From: Octopus vulgaris
Lineage: Eukaryota
DNA length: 64,000 nucleotides
Reading direction: 5' to 3'
Assembly: GCA_951406725.2 (NCBI GenBank)
Contig: OX597817.1
Coordinates: 143,902,001-143,966,000 of the forward strand
Part shown: positions 11,806 to 24,102 of the stretch, in pieces
How positions within the stretch are numbered: the first letter of the stretch is position 1
Layout of the letters: the number at the start of each line of letters is the position of its first letter
Program-made: the position numbers and the translations under genes
Notes under the pieces: generated by a model
Told to the model about the DNA's origin: nothing
The model's database searches: none
The model's input: only the letters and a program-made list of their open reading frames with translations

Positions 11806-12048
11806 TGTGTTGGAGGGAAGGACCGGAAGTGAGGGAGTACGCAGGTCCTGTCAGAAGTGGGGCCTGCGGTGGGCATGTGGGGTTGGCGAGGCGCGAGCAG
11901 GCAGTTTGCAGTTGATAGCGCAAGAGAGCAGACCTGCTGGATGGTACAGCGGCAGACAGACCACGTGGATGTTGTGAGTAACCCCTTCCAGATAGACAGG
12001 TAAGACCTCCATAATTCTCCCTCTGCTTCTGTCTTTTCCTCCTTCACA
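11806..12048. mobile_element. GC-rich insert with TG...CA ends, possible short solo LTR
   Basis: TGTGTTGGAGGGAAG... and ...TTTTCCTCCTTCACA form imperfect inverted termini; abrupt GC shift; TSD not clean. Confidence 0.4.
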
Positions 12049-12269
12049 TCACAAGCTATTTCGGCTCAGAACACCACAGCACCATTTATTAGGTGCCAAA
12101 ACTGTTTTGTAGTTCCTTTATGGCCAGTTCATTCAATAGTGAAACAGAATATCAGAGACAAAACCATAAAATATTTTTAATGGCTGCAAAACCTCAACAG
12201 AAACACAAACGTAATAACAACTCTAAGTAAACAGTCTGGTAGGATTATTTTAAGACATGGTTTTTATTT

Positions 12270-12865
12270 TTTACTTGTTTTAGTCATTAGGCTGTGGCCA
12301 TGCTGGGGCACCGCATTGAAGAAGGTTTAGTTGAATGAATTGACCCTGGTACTTAATTTTTTTTTAAGCCTAGTATTTATTCTCTTGATCTCATTTACCA
12401 AACCACTAATTTACAAGGACAAACACAGACATAGATACACACACACACACACACACACACGACAGGCTTCTTTTAGTTTCTTATTTCTTTATTGCCCACA
12501 AGGGGCTAAACATAGAGGGGACAAACAAGGACAGACAAAGGGATTAAGTCGATTACATCGACCCCCAGTGTATAACTGGTACTTTATTTATCGACCTCGA
12601 AAGGATGAAAAGCAAAGTCGACCTCGGCAGAATTTGAACTCAGAACATAAAGACAGGCGAAATACCGCTAAGCATTTTGCCCAACGTGCTAACGTTTCTG
12701 CCAGCTTGCTGCCTTTTAGTTTCTGTCTACCAAATCCATCCACTAGGCTTTGGTTGGTCCAAGGCTATAGTGGAAGACACTTGCCCAATGTGCAACGCAG
12801 CAGAACTGAACTTGAAATCTTGCGGTTGGGAAGCAAACTTCTTACCACACACACATGCCTGTACC
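12270..12865 (-). mobile_element. SINE A interrupted by SINE B (12481-12714)
   Basis: B flanked by duplicated TTTTAGTTTC within the A body. Confidence 0.85.
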
Positions 12866-12877
12866 TATAAAAGTGAG

Positions 12878-12997
12878 GGGCTTACAGCCCCTAGGTTTCC
12901 CAAGTGGTCACCCATCTAAATACAAAGTAGGCTCCATGTGGCCTAATGTTGGAGATCGGATCAGAACTGGTGCATTGAAAGTGATAGTGTTTCATTC
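12878..12997 (-). pseudogene. 5S rRNA pseudogene (or 5S-derived SINE3 head)
   Basis: GCTTACAGCCCCTAGGTTTCCCAAGTGGTCACCCATCTAAATAC...GAGATCGGATCAGA aligns colinearly with the reverse complement of metazoan 5S rRNA (GCCTACAGCACCCGGTATTCCCAGGCGGTCTCCCATCCAAGTAC...GAGATCAGACGAGA); heavily diverged. Confidence 0.75.
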
Positions 12998-13149
12998 TTT
13001 TAATCTAATATTCTGTTACTTTTTTCAGTCATTGAACTGGGGCCAACATTTGACCATATTGAGAGAATAATTTACGAGAGAAATTATACAGGAAAAAGTA
13101 AAGAATGGGGGCAAAAGGGCAAAAAAGTAAGATGAGGTTGGAAAAGTAT

Positions 13150-14123
13150 AGGGAGAGCAGCATAAAGAAGTGCAAAGCTCTAATTGGGGAGGTAACCTGT
13201 GGAAATGGCAGAGCCAGGAAGACATGGGATGAAGTGGTGAGAGAGGACCTTCAGATGCTGGGCCTCATGGGGGAAAAAACAAGGGATAAGGGTTTGTGGT
13301 GATTTGCTGCACTTGAGTAGATGTATCAAGCTTAGTAAAACCATGGTCAACCATACATACAGGCATGTCCTTTGCTGATGCTGGTGCCATGTCATGTGCA
13401 CTAATGCCAGTACTGTGTAAATGTACTCAGGCTAGTACTTACTTGTACTTGTGACAGCGTTCACCCAGGGCAGGTTGAGCCGGCTTCTTCTCTGGTCCTA
13501 ACTGCATCACGAACCATGGCAGCCCACGCTCGACGGTCCCATGCAAGGTCACTGGAAATAGTGATCCATTCGCGGTTCCATCTGCGCAGACCAACCACCT
13601 GTGGACCTGATAGTTCGGAGAGGCCCTCCTTTATCGTTGTTGCCCAGGTCTTCAGCTGCGCGCCCGTGCGTTTGCGCCAGTTGGGAAGTGGAGGTGGGAG
13701 GAGGACATCGCGAATCAGCTGGATGCCAGCCCACATGACCAAACTACCTTAAGCTCTGTTGTAAAAGCACCGAAGGGAGGGGCCAGAGATTCGGGCAATG
13801 ACGAAGACTGGCTGTAGGAACCCGATCAATGTGTCGGCAGTGAAGAATGCGGTGGAGACAGTCATTGTTGAACACCTCCAGCCTTCGCTGATTGGCTACC
13901 CTCATAGGCCATGTTTTGCAACCAACTCAGGCTAGTGGCACATGTAGAGCACTTAGGACACTCTGTAAAGTGGTTGGTGTTAGGAAGAGCATCCAGCTGT
14001 AGAAACAATGCCATAACAGACAACTGGAGTCTGGACAGTTCCTGGGTTGGTCAGTTCCTGTCAAATTGTCCAATCCATGCCAGCATGGAAAATGGATGTT
14101 AAACAATGATGATGGTGATGATA
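13150..14123 (+). mobile_element. RTE LINE 3' end (ORF end plus UTR), split by a second RTE
   Basis: KKCKALIGEVTCGNGRARKTWDEVVREDLQMLGL; UTR resumes after 13936 and ends in (GAT)n. Confidence 0.75.
13437..13924 (-). mobile_element. Second RTE-clade LINE family, 5'-truncated, 12-bp TSD
   Basis: RRLEVFNNDCLHRIL...LR*FGH...WRKRTGAQLKTW...DRRAWAAMVRD; tail CAAGTACAAGTAAGT; TSD ACTCAGGCTAGT at 13425-13436 and 13925-13936. Confidence 0.9.
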
Positions 14124-14587
14124 TGATGAACTCCTTTCAGTTTCTGCTTGCCAAATCCACTCACCCAGGGCTATAGTGGAGGACATTTGCCCAAGATAAA
14201 AGACAGTGGGACTGAAACCACATAGATGGGAAGTGAACTTTGTAACCATACAGCTATGGGTAATGCTCCAGCATGGCCACAATCTAAAAATTAAAATTGG
14301 TCAAAACACAAAGAATAGAAATAATCCTGATTATTGTTAGAAGAGGGAAATAAAAATTATAATAATTTGAAATCGTGTGAAATTGATATTAAAATGGTTT
14401 CTACTTGGCGCCCAGTAACTTGCCAACCAAACTATGGTAGCATCTGTTAGCTAAATACGTTTTAATTACACAATCAGGCAATCATAGTTCTGTTCAGTTC
14501 TTATTAAAATAGAGAAAACAAGAATGAAAAACTGATATCATGATATTAATGCAAAACAAAAAAAAATCAAATTTCCTTCTACATATT

Positions 14588-14967
14588 GGCACAGGAGTGG
14601 CTGTGTGGTAAGTAGTTTGCTTACCAACCACATGGTTCTGGGTTCAGTCCCACTGTGTGGCACCTTGGGCAAGTATCTTCTACTATAGCCTCAGGCCAAT
14701 CAAAGCCTTGTGAATGGATTTGGTAGACAGAAACTGAAAGAAGCCTGTTGTATATATGTACATATATGTGTGTGTCTGTGTTTGCAACCCCACCATCGCT
14801 TGACAACTGATGTTGGTGTATTTACGTCCCTGTAACTTAGCGGTTTGGCAAAACAGACCGATAGAATAAGTACTAGGCTTACAAAGAATAAGTCCTGGGG
14901 TTGATTTGCTCAACTAAAGGAAGTGCTCCAGCATGGCTGCAGTCAAATGACTGAAATAAGTAAAAGA
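14588..14967 (+). mobile_element. SINE family A, full length
   Basis: Complete match to family A. Confidence 0.9.
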
Positions 14968-15269
14968 ATATACATTAGGCACAGGAATTGCTGTGTAGTT
15001 GACAAACTTGCTTCCCAACTGTGTGGTCATGGGTTCAGTCCCACTGCATTGCACCTTGGACAAGTGTCTTTGACTGTAGTTTACAGATTGACCAAAACCT
15101 TGTGAGTCGATTTGCAAGACCATCATGTATATGTTTATGTGTGTGTATATATGTGTGTATGTGATTGTGTATATCTTTGTCTAGACATCAAGTGAGGGTT
15201 GGTGATAGAAAAGGCATCCGGCCACAGACAATCTATTTCACCAAAATCCATCTGACCCATCCACACACG

Positions 15270-15515
15270 TCCTTCATCTTCTGCTAGATCATGATTTACT
15301 CTCATTTGATGCAGCAGCTGCGGGCTGGAAGAGGACCCATGGCAGGCCCTACACCAAATGGCTAGATGCAGTTGGGGAAGATCTCCAGAGGCCCGACATC
15401 ACCTTTGCAGGATGCAGAAGGGCTGGCATGAGAGAGCCAGCAATGGAGAGGACTGGTTGACCTGGTCAGCTCTACACGTAATGAAACCGCTGGTACAACT
15501 AACTTAGAATGACCC
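15270..15515 (+). mobile_element. RTE-like LINE ORF C-terminal fragment (third family)
   Basis: AAAGWKRTHGRPYTKWLDAVGEDL...WRGLV, with a frameshift. Confidence 0.7.
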
Positions 15516-15803
15516 CCAGCTCCTTCAAGCAAGAGCAGGAAGCGAAGCAAAGTGATATATAACCATTTATGACAAGCAAACTCAGCCACTTTTGTCAGAA
15601 ATAAAAAAGTGTGTTATAGCCATACTGTGTTGGAAAACACAATGTATATCAGAGAAAAAAAATTGTTCCAACAATAACCAGTGAGAATGGCATGCATTTC
15701 AGCCTTTCTGGGCATCGTCAATGAACTCTACTTGCAGCTAAACACATGCGTAGAGCAAACAATAATACATTGTATGACATGATTTACACCAAATATTGAT
15801 TAA

Positions 15804-16039
15804 CCGTTTGCCTGTCCTGTGTATCACATGACTGATACACAAACCATATTTATCTGGTGTCTATGCAACATATTTGATATTTGCTCCCAATCATTTTTCA
15901 ACCACCCAAGTAACTTGGGACTTATGAAAGGAAAGCTTTATATTTTTCAGAATGTATGAGACAAGGACTTACTAAAAGTCTGAAATGAAGTACAAATGTT
16001 TATGACAAACTTATGAAAATGCTTTGGAGAGGCAAAGGG
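15804..16039. mobile_element. piggyBac-like MITE (TTAA TSD)
   Basis: TTAA|CCGTTTGCCTGTCC ... GGAGAGGCAAAGGG|TTAA; TIR 12/14 match. Confidence 0.8.
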
Positions 16040-16740
16040 TTAATGTTTTTCTTATATTTATAGAATCACATGGTTTCATATTTATAAATCATACAATGTT
16101 CCTAACAACTCAAAGCTCATTAGTAAGGTAAATGAAGTGAAATAGCACCACCTGTTAATTGAGACTAAGTCACAGAACCAGTAAGTTGAGAAATTACATC
16201 AATGAATAATGGGTTCTTTTTTTTAATTCACCTACAATACACAATTTCTCTTGTATGTTTTGATGCTTCCTTCATTAAATATATTAACATTAACTGAAGG
16301 TATTGAGCTTTTGCATACCAGGCGAAATGCATAGTGGTATTCCGTCTGTCTTCATGTTCTGAGTTCAAATCCTGCCAGGGTTGACTTTGTCTTTCATCCT
16401 TTCAGGGCCAAAAAAAAAAAAGTAAGTACCAGTTAAACACTGGGGTTGATTTAATCGATTTATCCCCTGACCCAAACTTGCTGGCCTTGTGGCAAAATTT
16501 GAAACTAACACTAACTTAAATGATATATTCAGAGTAAAGTCGTCATCTTGGTTGTTGCGGTCACAACAATTCTGGTTTTATACCTTCCACTCTTCTTTGA
16601 TGCTTTTTGTATTCAGTAACATTTTTGGTGATCTAAACTAAACCCTTCAGGATGATCTCCTGCCAGTTGTTCTCTTTGTGATGTCACATATTTGTTCTGC
16701 TTGAAACAGAAATGGTACTAAATTAAAATAGTCATCTATC

Positions 16741-17273
16741 TGATAATAGAAATATTACATTTCTAAATCTCGCAGGGAGATTTATGCATTGCAGCACAAT
16801 AAAGTGATAGCATGCTGTCAACTTATGTGGCAGTCCCATAAAAGGGAAGAATGCTACTGTTATTTAGCCCTAGGAACACCGTTTCCTGTTGGACTTGACA
16901 CATTTTCTGTGTCCTTATGTTTTCAAAGTGGAGATAAGCACCTCCACCCAGCAAAGCCAGCACCCAGAGACTAGTTTCAGAGTCATTGCTCATCATCAGC
17001 CTGGAGTAGCATGGCTTTCTAGCTGTCGATACCTATCAGCCTTTGAAAACATATATATTTCAAGTGAAATACATTCACTGATTTTTGAAAATAGAAATAA
17101 TATATTTCTAAATCTCTTAGAGAGATTTATGCAGTAGCAGCATGATTAAGTGATAGCATGTTGTCAACTTAATGTGACAGTCCCATGAACGGGAAGAATG
17201 CTACAGTTATTTAGTCCTAGGAAACACTGTTTCCTGTTGGACTCAACAAATTTCCTGTGTCCTTATGTTTTCA
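16741..17273 (-). mobile_element. Retrozyme-like tandem element (345-bp period, ~1.5 units)
   Basis: 16741-16925 repeated at 17086-17273; hammerhead motif in the intervening part; homologous to 38942-39858. Confidence 0.75.
16964..17004 (-). ncRNA. Minimal type I hammerhead ribozyme motif
   Basis: CCAGG-CUGAUGA-U-GAG(CAAUGA)CUC-U-GAAA-CUAG-UC^-UCUGG: intact core, palindromic stem III, GUC site, stem I pairing. Confidence 0.8.
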
Positions 17274-17366
17274 TACTAAATGTATATACATTGTTAGGAG
17301 ACAGTAATATTAACGGTCAATGGTGATGCTATGAAAACAAAACTACAAATACATAACAATTCAGCA

Positions 17367-17720
17367 TTTAGTTTCCTTCTGAAGTCACCCATTTAACCAG
17401 CATTGTTTCCATTGACTGAAGCATTTCTGGAATTCCTTTTTGTGGTAATAGGAAGCTGCCTTATTGCATTCTCTTGGATTTCCATGACATCTTGTAATCT
17501 TGTTGGGGTCTTCCAATTTGAAGATTGAGCCTTGGTTTCGGGGTCATAGCTGTAGAACTACGATTTGTTACCCGTTATGACCATTTATAAATCGTCTTCG
17601 ACACAATCACAGAAATCCTATACAGCTGAAACATGTTCTTTTTTTTTTGAGATGATCACATTCAACACACTTTACTTCCGAGCACTTCAATGAACAGCAG
17701 AAGTGAACAACAATGTCATA
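17367..17720 (-). mobile_element. Internally deleted mariner transposase relic
   Basis: VITGNKS*FYSYDPETKAQSSNWKTP (ITGDE.W.Y.YDPETK.QS motif) joined to C-terminal EFQKCFSQWKQCW. Confidence 0.8.
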
Positions 17721-17724
17721 ACTT

Positions 17725-18586
17725 CTATATTTAAGAGATGAGGAATTATGTACATTATTTACATTCCGAATTTGATTCCAAGCAATGACCTGAACAATAA
17801 CAATCATCATCGTCATCATCATCATCATTTAACGTCCGCTTTCCATGTTAGCATGGGTTGGACGATGTGACTGAGGTCTGGTGAACCAGACTCCAATCTG
17901 ATCTAGCAGAGGTTCTACTGCTGGATGCCCTTCCTAACGGCAACTACTCCGAGAGTGTAGTGGGTGCTTTTACGTGCCACCGGCACGAGGGTCCCTTTGG
18001 TGGAACTGGCAACGGCCATGCCCAAATGGTGCTTTTTACGTGCCACCTGTACAGGAGCCGGTTCAGCGGCACTGGCGACGACCTCACTCGAATGTTTCAC
18101 ATGCCACCAGCACAAGTGCTAGTATGGCAATGCGGTAATGATCACGCTCGAATGGTGTGCTTAACGTGCCATTGGCACAAAGGTCAGCTTGTTGCCCTGG
18201 CAACAGCGCTCCACTAGCAATGGATGCCAGTCACCGAGTTTGATTTTGACTTCAATTTCACTTGCTTCAACCGGTCTTCGCAAGCAGAGTTTAGTGTCCA
18301 ATGAAGAAAAGGTACGCATAAGTGGACTGGTTACACCCCTAGCATAGGCCACAAGGTTATGGTCACACTTGCGCTTGCCAAGTCTTCTGCAGCACGGCAT
18401 ATTTCCAGAGGTCATAATAATAATAATAATAATAGCATTGAAAAATACCTTAGGAATGAGAACCCAGGTTCGAAATTTCCCCAAGACACCTGATGAAGGC
18501 TGGATGGTATATCAGCCGAAACGTTGTATTAACAACAAACAAGAGGAGAACAAATATCTGTCAAATGTAAATGATGTAAATTAATG
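17725..18586. mobile_element. Family D inverted two-arm insertion with an RTE 3' end (~17800-18413) nested in its (AAT)n linker
   Basis: Minus-strand D tail 17722-17765 abuts a plus-strand D body; TSD AATGT(C/T)ATAACTT at 17712-17724 and 18587-18599. Confidence 0.7.
18485..18530 (+). ncRNA. Hammerhead ribozyme motif in family D tail
   Basis: GACAC-CUGAUGA-A-GGCUG(loop)CAGCC-GAAA-CG-UU-GUAUU; other copies have GUGUU pairing with GACAC. Confidence 0.7.
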
Positions 18587-18749
18587 AATGTTATAACTTA
18601 TTCTGTATATGCAACAATGTTCAAGGTCAAATCTGTGCCAAGAGGCTTGACTCTGCATACTTTATCTCTGTTACCATAGTAACAATCCTGATACATTTTG
18701 ATCTGACTTCGTAGATTGTTATTTTAATTTAATACCACTTACAGCAGAT

Positions 18750-19010
18750 CATGTGTGTGTGAGTGTGTGTGTGTGTAAATATAGACATACATACACATAT
18801 ATATATATAGATATGTATGTATATATACACACACATATATACATATATATATAAATACGTATGTGTGTAAATATATACATACATACACATTATATATATA
18901 TAGGTATGTATGTATATATACACACACACACACATATATATATAAATACGTATGTGTGTAAATATATACATACATACACATTATATATATATAGGTATGT
19001 ATGTATATAT

Positions 19011-19062
<52 letters not shown>

Positions 19063-19070
19063 GTGTGTGT
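18750..19070. repeat. Compound (TA)/(CA) microsatellite with ~90-bp higher-order repeat
   Basis: AAATACGTATGTGTGTAAATATATAC recurs at ~18853 and ~18943. Confidence 0.85.
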
Positions 19071-20059
19071 GCGTTCATATATATTTCAAATATCAATAAT
19101 TATATGAAAAATCACCAGATATTTTTAGTTGCCTGCATGCGATGATGTTGTTTAACTATAAAAACCTTCAGAAATCGTCCAAGCTTTCAATGTTTTCTGT
19201 TATTTTGTTTTGTTGCGAAAATAAAGCAATATCTGAAGTGTCAAGAATGATTAACGACAGGCATTAAGGGGTTAATGCTATGACTTAGAAGAAACATGAT
19301 GTAGGATTTATTTGTTATGCCATAGATTATCTCCTGAGATATCTGCACAAGTAAAGGGGTCCTTGGAAGATGTAGTACTTATTGCACAAAGTCTGGCGTA
19401 AAAATAACAAAACAGAGCAAATCCTTTTTGTATATATTACACTGTACAACCACAACCAATTACAGAGGTGTCATATAAGATATGTGTGACACACTAAAGT
19501 GTGGCACTTTGGGTAACTGTTTTCTACCAAAACCTCATGTTGGCCAATGGTCTGAGATTGAAATTTAGGTAGATGGAAACTGTGTGGAAGCCTTTTGCAC
19601 ACTCACACACACACTCATACATCATCATCAGTGTTTTAATGTCTGTGCTGGTGCCATGTAAAAAGCACTCAATATCCTTTGTAAAGTGGTCGGCATTAGG
19701 AAGAGCATCCAGCAATAGAAACCTTCTTAAAACAGACAATTGGAGCTTGGTGTAGGTCCCCGTCTTGCCAGCTCTAGTTAAACCATTCAATGTATGCCAG
19801 GATAGAAAAAAGAAAACGTTATATGATGAAGATGGGGATGATGGTGATGATGATAATGATTGTCCATGCTTGTATGGGTCAGACATTCTTTGTTGTGTCA
19901 GATTTTCTATGGTTGGATACCCTTCTTGGTACCAACCCTCACCTGTTTCCAAGCCACGTGATATTTCTGTCACACCCTGTACAATGGAATATTGCTAAAA
20001 AACAGAACAGTGGAAACTGGAAATAAAAAAAAAGAAAAAACTCTGAAAGATAGCAAAGT

Positions 20060-20457
20060 AGGAGTGGCTGTGTGGTAAGTAGTTTGCTTATCAACCACAT
20101 GGTTCCGGGTTCAGTCCCACTGCGTGACACCTTGGGCAAGTGTCTTCTACTATAGCCTCAGGCCGACCAAAGCCTTGTGAGTGGATTTGGTAGATGAAAA
20201 CTGAAAGAAGCCCGTCGTATATATGTATATATATATATGTGTGTGTGTGTATATGTTTGTGTGTCTGTGTTTGTCCCCCCAACATTGCTTGACAACCGAC
20301 GGTGGTGTGTTTACATCCCCGTAACTTAGTGGTTCAGCAAAAGAGACCGATAGAATAAGTACTAGGCTTACAAAGAATAAATCCCGGGGTCGATTTGCTC
20401 GACTAAAGGCGGTGCTCCAGCATGGCCACAGTCAAATGACTGAAACAAGTAAAAGAG
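20060..20457 (+). mobile_element. SINE family A
   Basis: Near-complete match to family A. Confidence 0.9.
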
Positions 20458-20862
20458 TAGTGATACATCAGTATAATCACAGACATTTCAATATTTCGTT
20501 TGTTTCCTTCAGTGTGAGTGCAGCTGTCTGCTGATAATTTAGCACGGTTGGCTGGACTTACAGTCAGCCTTGAGCTGACCAGTGTCTTGAGTGAGCTTGG
20601 TGGGCCAGAACTGGTGTGGTAACCTGATGTATCTGCATGTGTGTGTGTGTGTGCTGTGCATGTTTGTGTTTCCATGTATATGTGTGTTCCTCTCTCATCA
20701 CATGACAGTTGGGGTAGGTTTGGTTACATTCTCATAACTTAGCAGTCCAGCCAAAAAGAAAACGATAGAATAAATACTAAATTTAAAATAAGTACTGGAG
20801 TTTGATTTTTATCAACTAAAATTTTTTAAAAAAAGCTTTAAAACAGTGCCCCAGCATGGCCA

Positions 20863-21048
20863 AAGCAAGTAAAAGAATAACAGAATTAAACCAGATTAGC
20901 TCAGACTGATTCTGTTTATCTTTGTTCCAGCTGCTCTTAAACTTCAGACCCATCTTTTCTTTCCTCACTTCCTTCAAGATAAGACAAAGATTGTTAAACT
21001 ACATCCATTGATGATGGAATTATTTGGTTAGAAATCTCATCTGGAATT
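20863..21048. repeat. Arm 1 of a 186-bp long-range inverted repeat
   Basis: 176/186 identical, no gaps, to the reverse complement of 32994-33179. Confidence 0.9.
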
Positions 21049-21954
21049 CTTTTATTTGTTTCAGTCATTTGACTGTGGCCATGCTGGAGCACTGCTTTTA
21101 GTCGAGCAAATTGACCCAGGACTTATTCTTTGTAAGCCTAGTACTTATTCTATTGGTTTGTTTTGCTGAACCACTAAGTTATGGGGACTTAAGCACAACA
21201 GCATCGGTTGTGAAGCAATGTTAGGAGGACAAACACAGACACAGAAACATATACATATACAAACATACACACACACACACATACATTACAAGCTTCTTCG
21301 AGTTTCCATCTACCAAAGCAAGCTACTTACCACCACACAGTTACTCATAATTGCAAACAAATCATAACAGATAGGTTTGGCTGTGTGGTTAAGAAATTTG
21401 CTTTCTAAACATATGGATTCAGGTTCAGTCTCACTGTGTGACATCTTAGGCAAGTGTCTTCTACTATAGCCCCAAGCTGACCAAAGCCTTGTGAGTGGAT
21501 TTGGTAGACGGGAAGTAAAAGAAGCCCTCAAACACACACACACACATACACACGTGTGCATGCATGTGTGTATGGTCAGGTTGTGACATCATGTGATAGT
21601 GTTCATTTCTTGTCATCTGTGAAAAATGTCTGGCCATGAGAAATGTTACTTTGCTTGGAAAAAAGGTAAGGATTGGCAACAGGAAGTGTAGCATCCAGCC
21701 CCTTGGAAAATCTGCCTCAACTAATACTGTCTGATCTGTGTAAGCATGGAAGAGTGGATGTTAGATGGTGATGGTGATGATGATGATGATGACACTATAA
21801 GGGGCAGATGTGATTGATAGTTAAGAAATTTGCTTCCCAACCACATGGTGTCAGGTTCAATCTCACTATGTGGCACCTTTTACTATATTCCCAGGTTGAC
21901 AAAAGCCTTGTGAGTGGATTTGGTAGATGGATGCTGAAAGAAATCCATCGTGTA

Positions 21955-21993
<39 letters not shown>

Positions 21994-23114
21994 GAGTATG
22001 CTTGTGGCCCCTTGTCCTCACATCCTCTGATAGTTTTGAATAAGAATCAGTCATTCAAACAATGCTGTTCATTTCCTGTCCTCTGCAAAAACGTGCCCAA
22101 CCGTGGGGAAATACTTTAAATTGCTTGGAAACAGGTGATGATTGCTGACAAGAAGGGGATCCAGCTATAGAAAATCTGTCTCACTGACTTCTGTCCAACC
22201 CATGTCATCTTAGAAAAGTGAACACTAACTCCACAACATCAGTTGATGTAAATTTATGTGTGCTGTGTACTTGCTTTGAATCAGTCAACGAAAATACACG
22301 CAGCCCTATCTGCTGTGGTTTTGTACCTGTTTGTGTACCGACTGATATAAATATCTGCTATCACTCATGGAATCAATAATATAAGCCACTATGCAAATTT
22401 CAAGGAATCTGATAGGTTTGTTAGGCTCTTTGTGTAAATATTTCCAACTCAGTTCAAGACTTCATCATCATCATCATTGTTTAACATCCATTTTCCATGC
22501 TAGAATGGGTTGGACGGTTCGACCAGGATCTGGGAAGCCAGGAGGCTGCACCAAGCTCCAGTCTGATCCGGCAGTATTTCTACAGCTGGATGCCCTTCCT
22601 AACGCCAACCACTCCGTGAGTGTAGTGGGTGCTTTTTATGTGCCACCGGCACAGGTGCCAGGTGAGGCTGGCAATGGCCACGATCAGTTGGTGCTTTTTA
22701 CGTGCCACCGGCGTGGAAGCCAGTCAAGACAGCGCTGGTATCGGCACGTTCGGATGGTGATTTTTACGTGCCACCGTATTACCATAATAGCATAAAAGCA
22801 GCAGTTTTTGGGTGGTTACCCTACCATTTCCACTACGACTTCCTATCAAATTCATACATGTTCAGCAAATTCTTGTGGTCCTTCACAGAATTTACAGTCG
22901 CATCCAGCCATGCCAGTTTCATTGAATTTCCAGTCCTCGCAGTGATAACAGTTCACATAAATAAACAGTGCATGCTTGAAAGCGGTTGGCGTAAACATAC
23001 ACCGAACCATTGTCGTGTGCTGATTGCTGATATTGGCCGAGATAATTACCGTCAGTGCAACCTAATTGCCTGATGGAAAACCGTTGCCATGGGGGTTAAA
23101 ATGGTGATGACTGC

Positions 23115-23620
23115 TAACCTTGGGTCGTAGAGTGACCCGCTGTACTTGAGGAGACCTACTGAGTCAAGTACGTTAACATCAACATCAAATGGAAATTGTA
23201 GTTAAGATACTCATGCCAGTGACACATTAAAAGCACCGTCCGAACGTGGAAGATGCCAGCGCCACCTGACTGGCATCCATGTCGGTGACACGTAAAAGCA
23301 CCAACTGATCGTGGCTGTTAAAAGCACCGTTCGAATGTGGCAGATGCCAGCACCGCCTGACTGGCATCTATGTTGGTGACACGTAAATGCACCAACCAAT
23401 CGTGGCCATTTGCCAGCCTCCTCTGGCACCTGTGCTGGTGGCACATAAAAAGCACCCACTACACTCACGGAGTGGTTGACGTTAGGAAGTGCATCCAGCT
23501 GTAGAAACGCTGCCAGATCAAGATTGGAGCCTGGTGCAGCCTCCTGGCTTCCCAGACCCCCAGTCAAACCGTCAAACCCATGCTAGCATGGAAAACGGAC
23601 GTTAAACGACGATGATGATC
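23115..23620 (+). mobile_element. RTE LINE 3' UTR (family C)
   Basis: Internal tandem units, conserved terminal body, (GAT)n tail. Confidence 0.8.
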
Positions 23621-23896
23621 ATGAATCACGATGATGACATCATCAAGGGCTTGATTTTAGATACTCCCAAAACACCATAAGGAATTTTAAAATTCTACTT
23701 TTTTGTTTTCCAACTTTATCGTTCAGCCAATCCAGCTGTATCTTGTCTGTGAAGCATCTCAACCACCTTACTACAGCCTATACTATATTACACTCACCCT
23801 GTTATCTGTATATCATGTATATGTTGTACATCACGTAACGGCTAATATGTCGTTCAGCGTCTATGGAAAACTTACTCTCAAAAGCTTTACCGAGGT

Positions 23897-24064
23897 TGTA
23901 CTACCACCATCACTGCTGCCACTACTACAACTACTACCACCATCACCACTGCCATCATTCTCAGTGCAACTACTACAATAACTACTACTACCACTGGCTT
24001 CACTGCTACTACCACCATCACCACCACCACCACTGCCATCATTCCCAATGCAACTACAACAATA

Positions 24065-24102
<38 letters not shown>

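Noticed and set aside
10405-16290. Inverted homology between ~10405-10590 and ~16100-16290
   Set aside because: Diverged with indels; most simply two copies of an unclassified old dispersed repeat.
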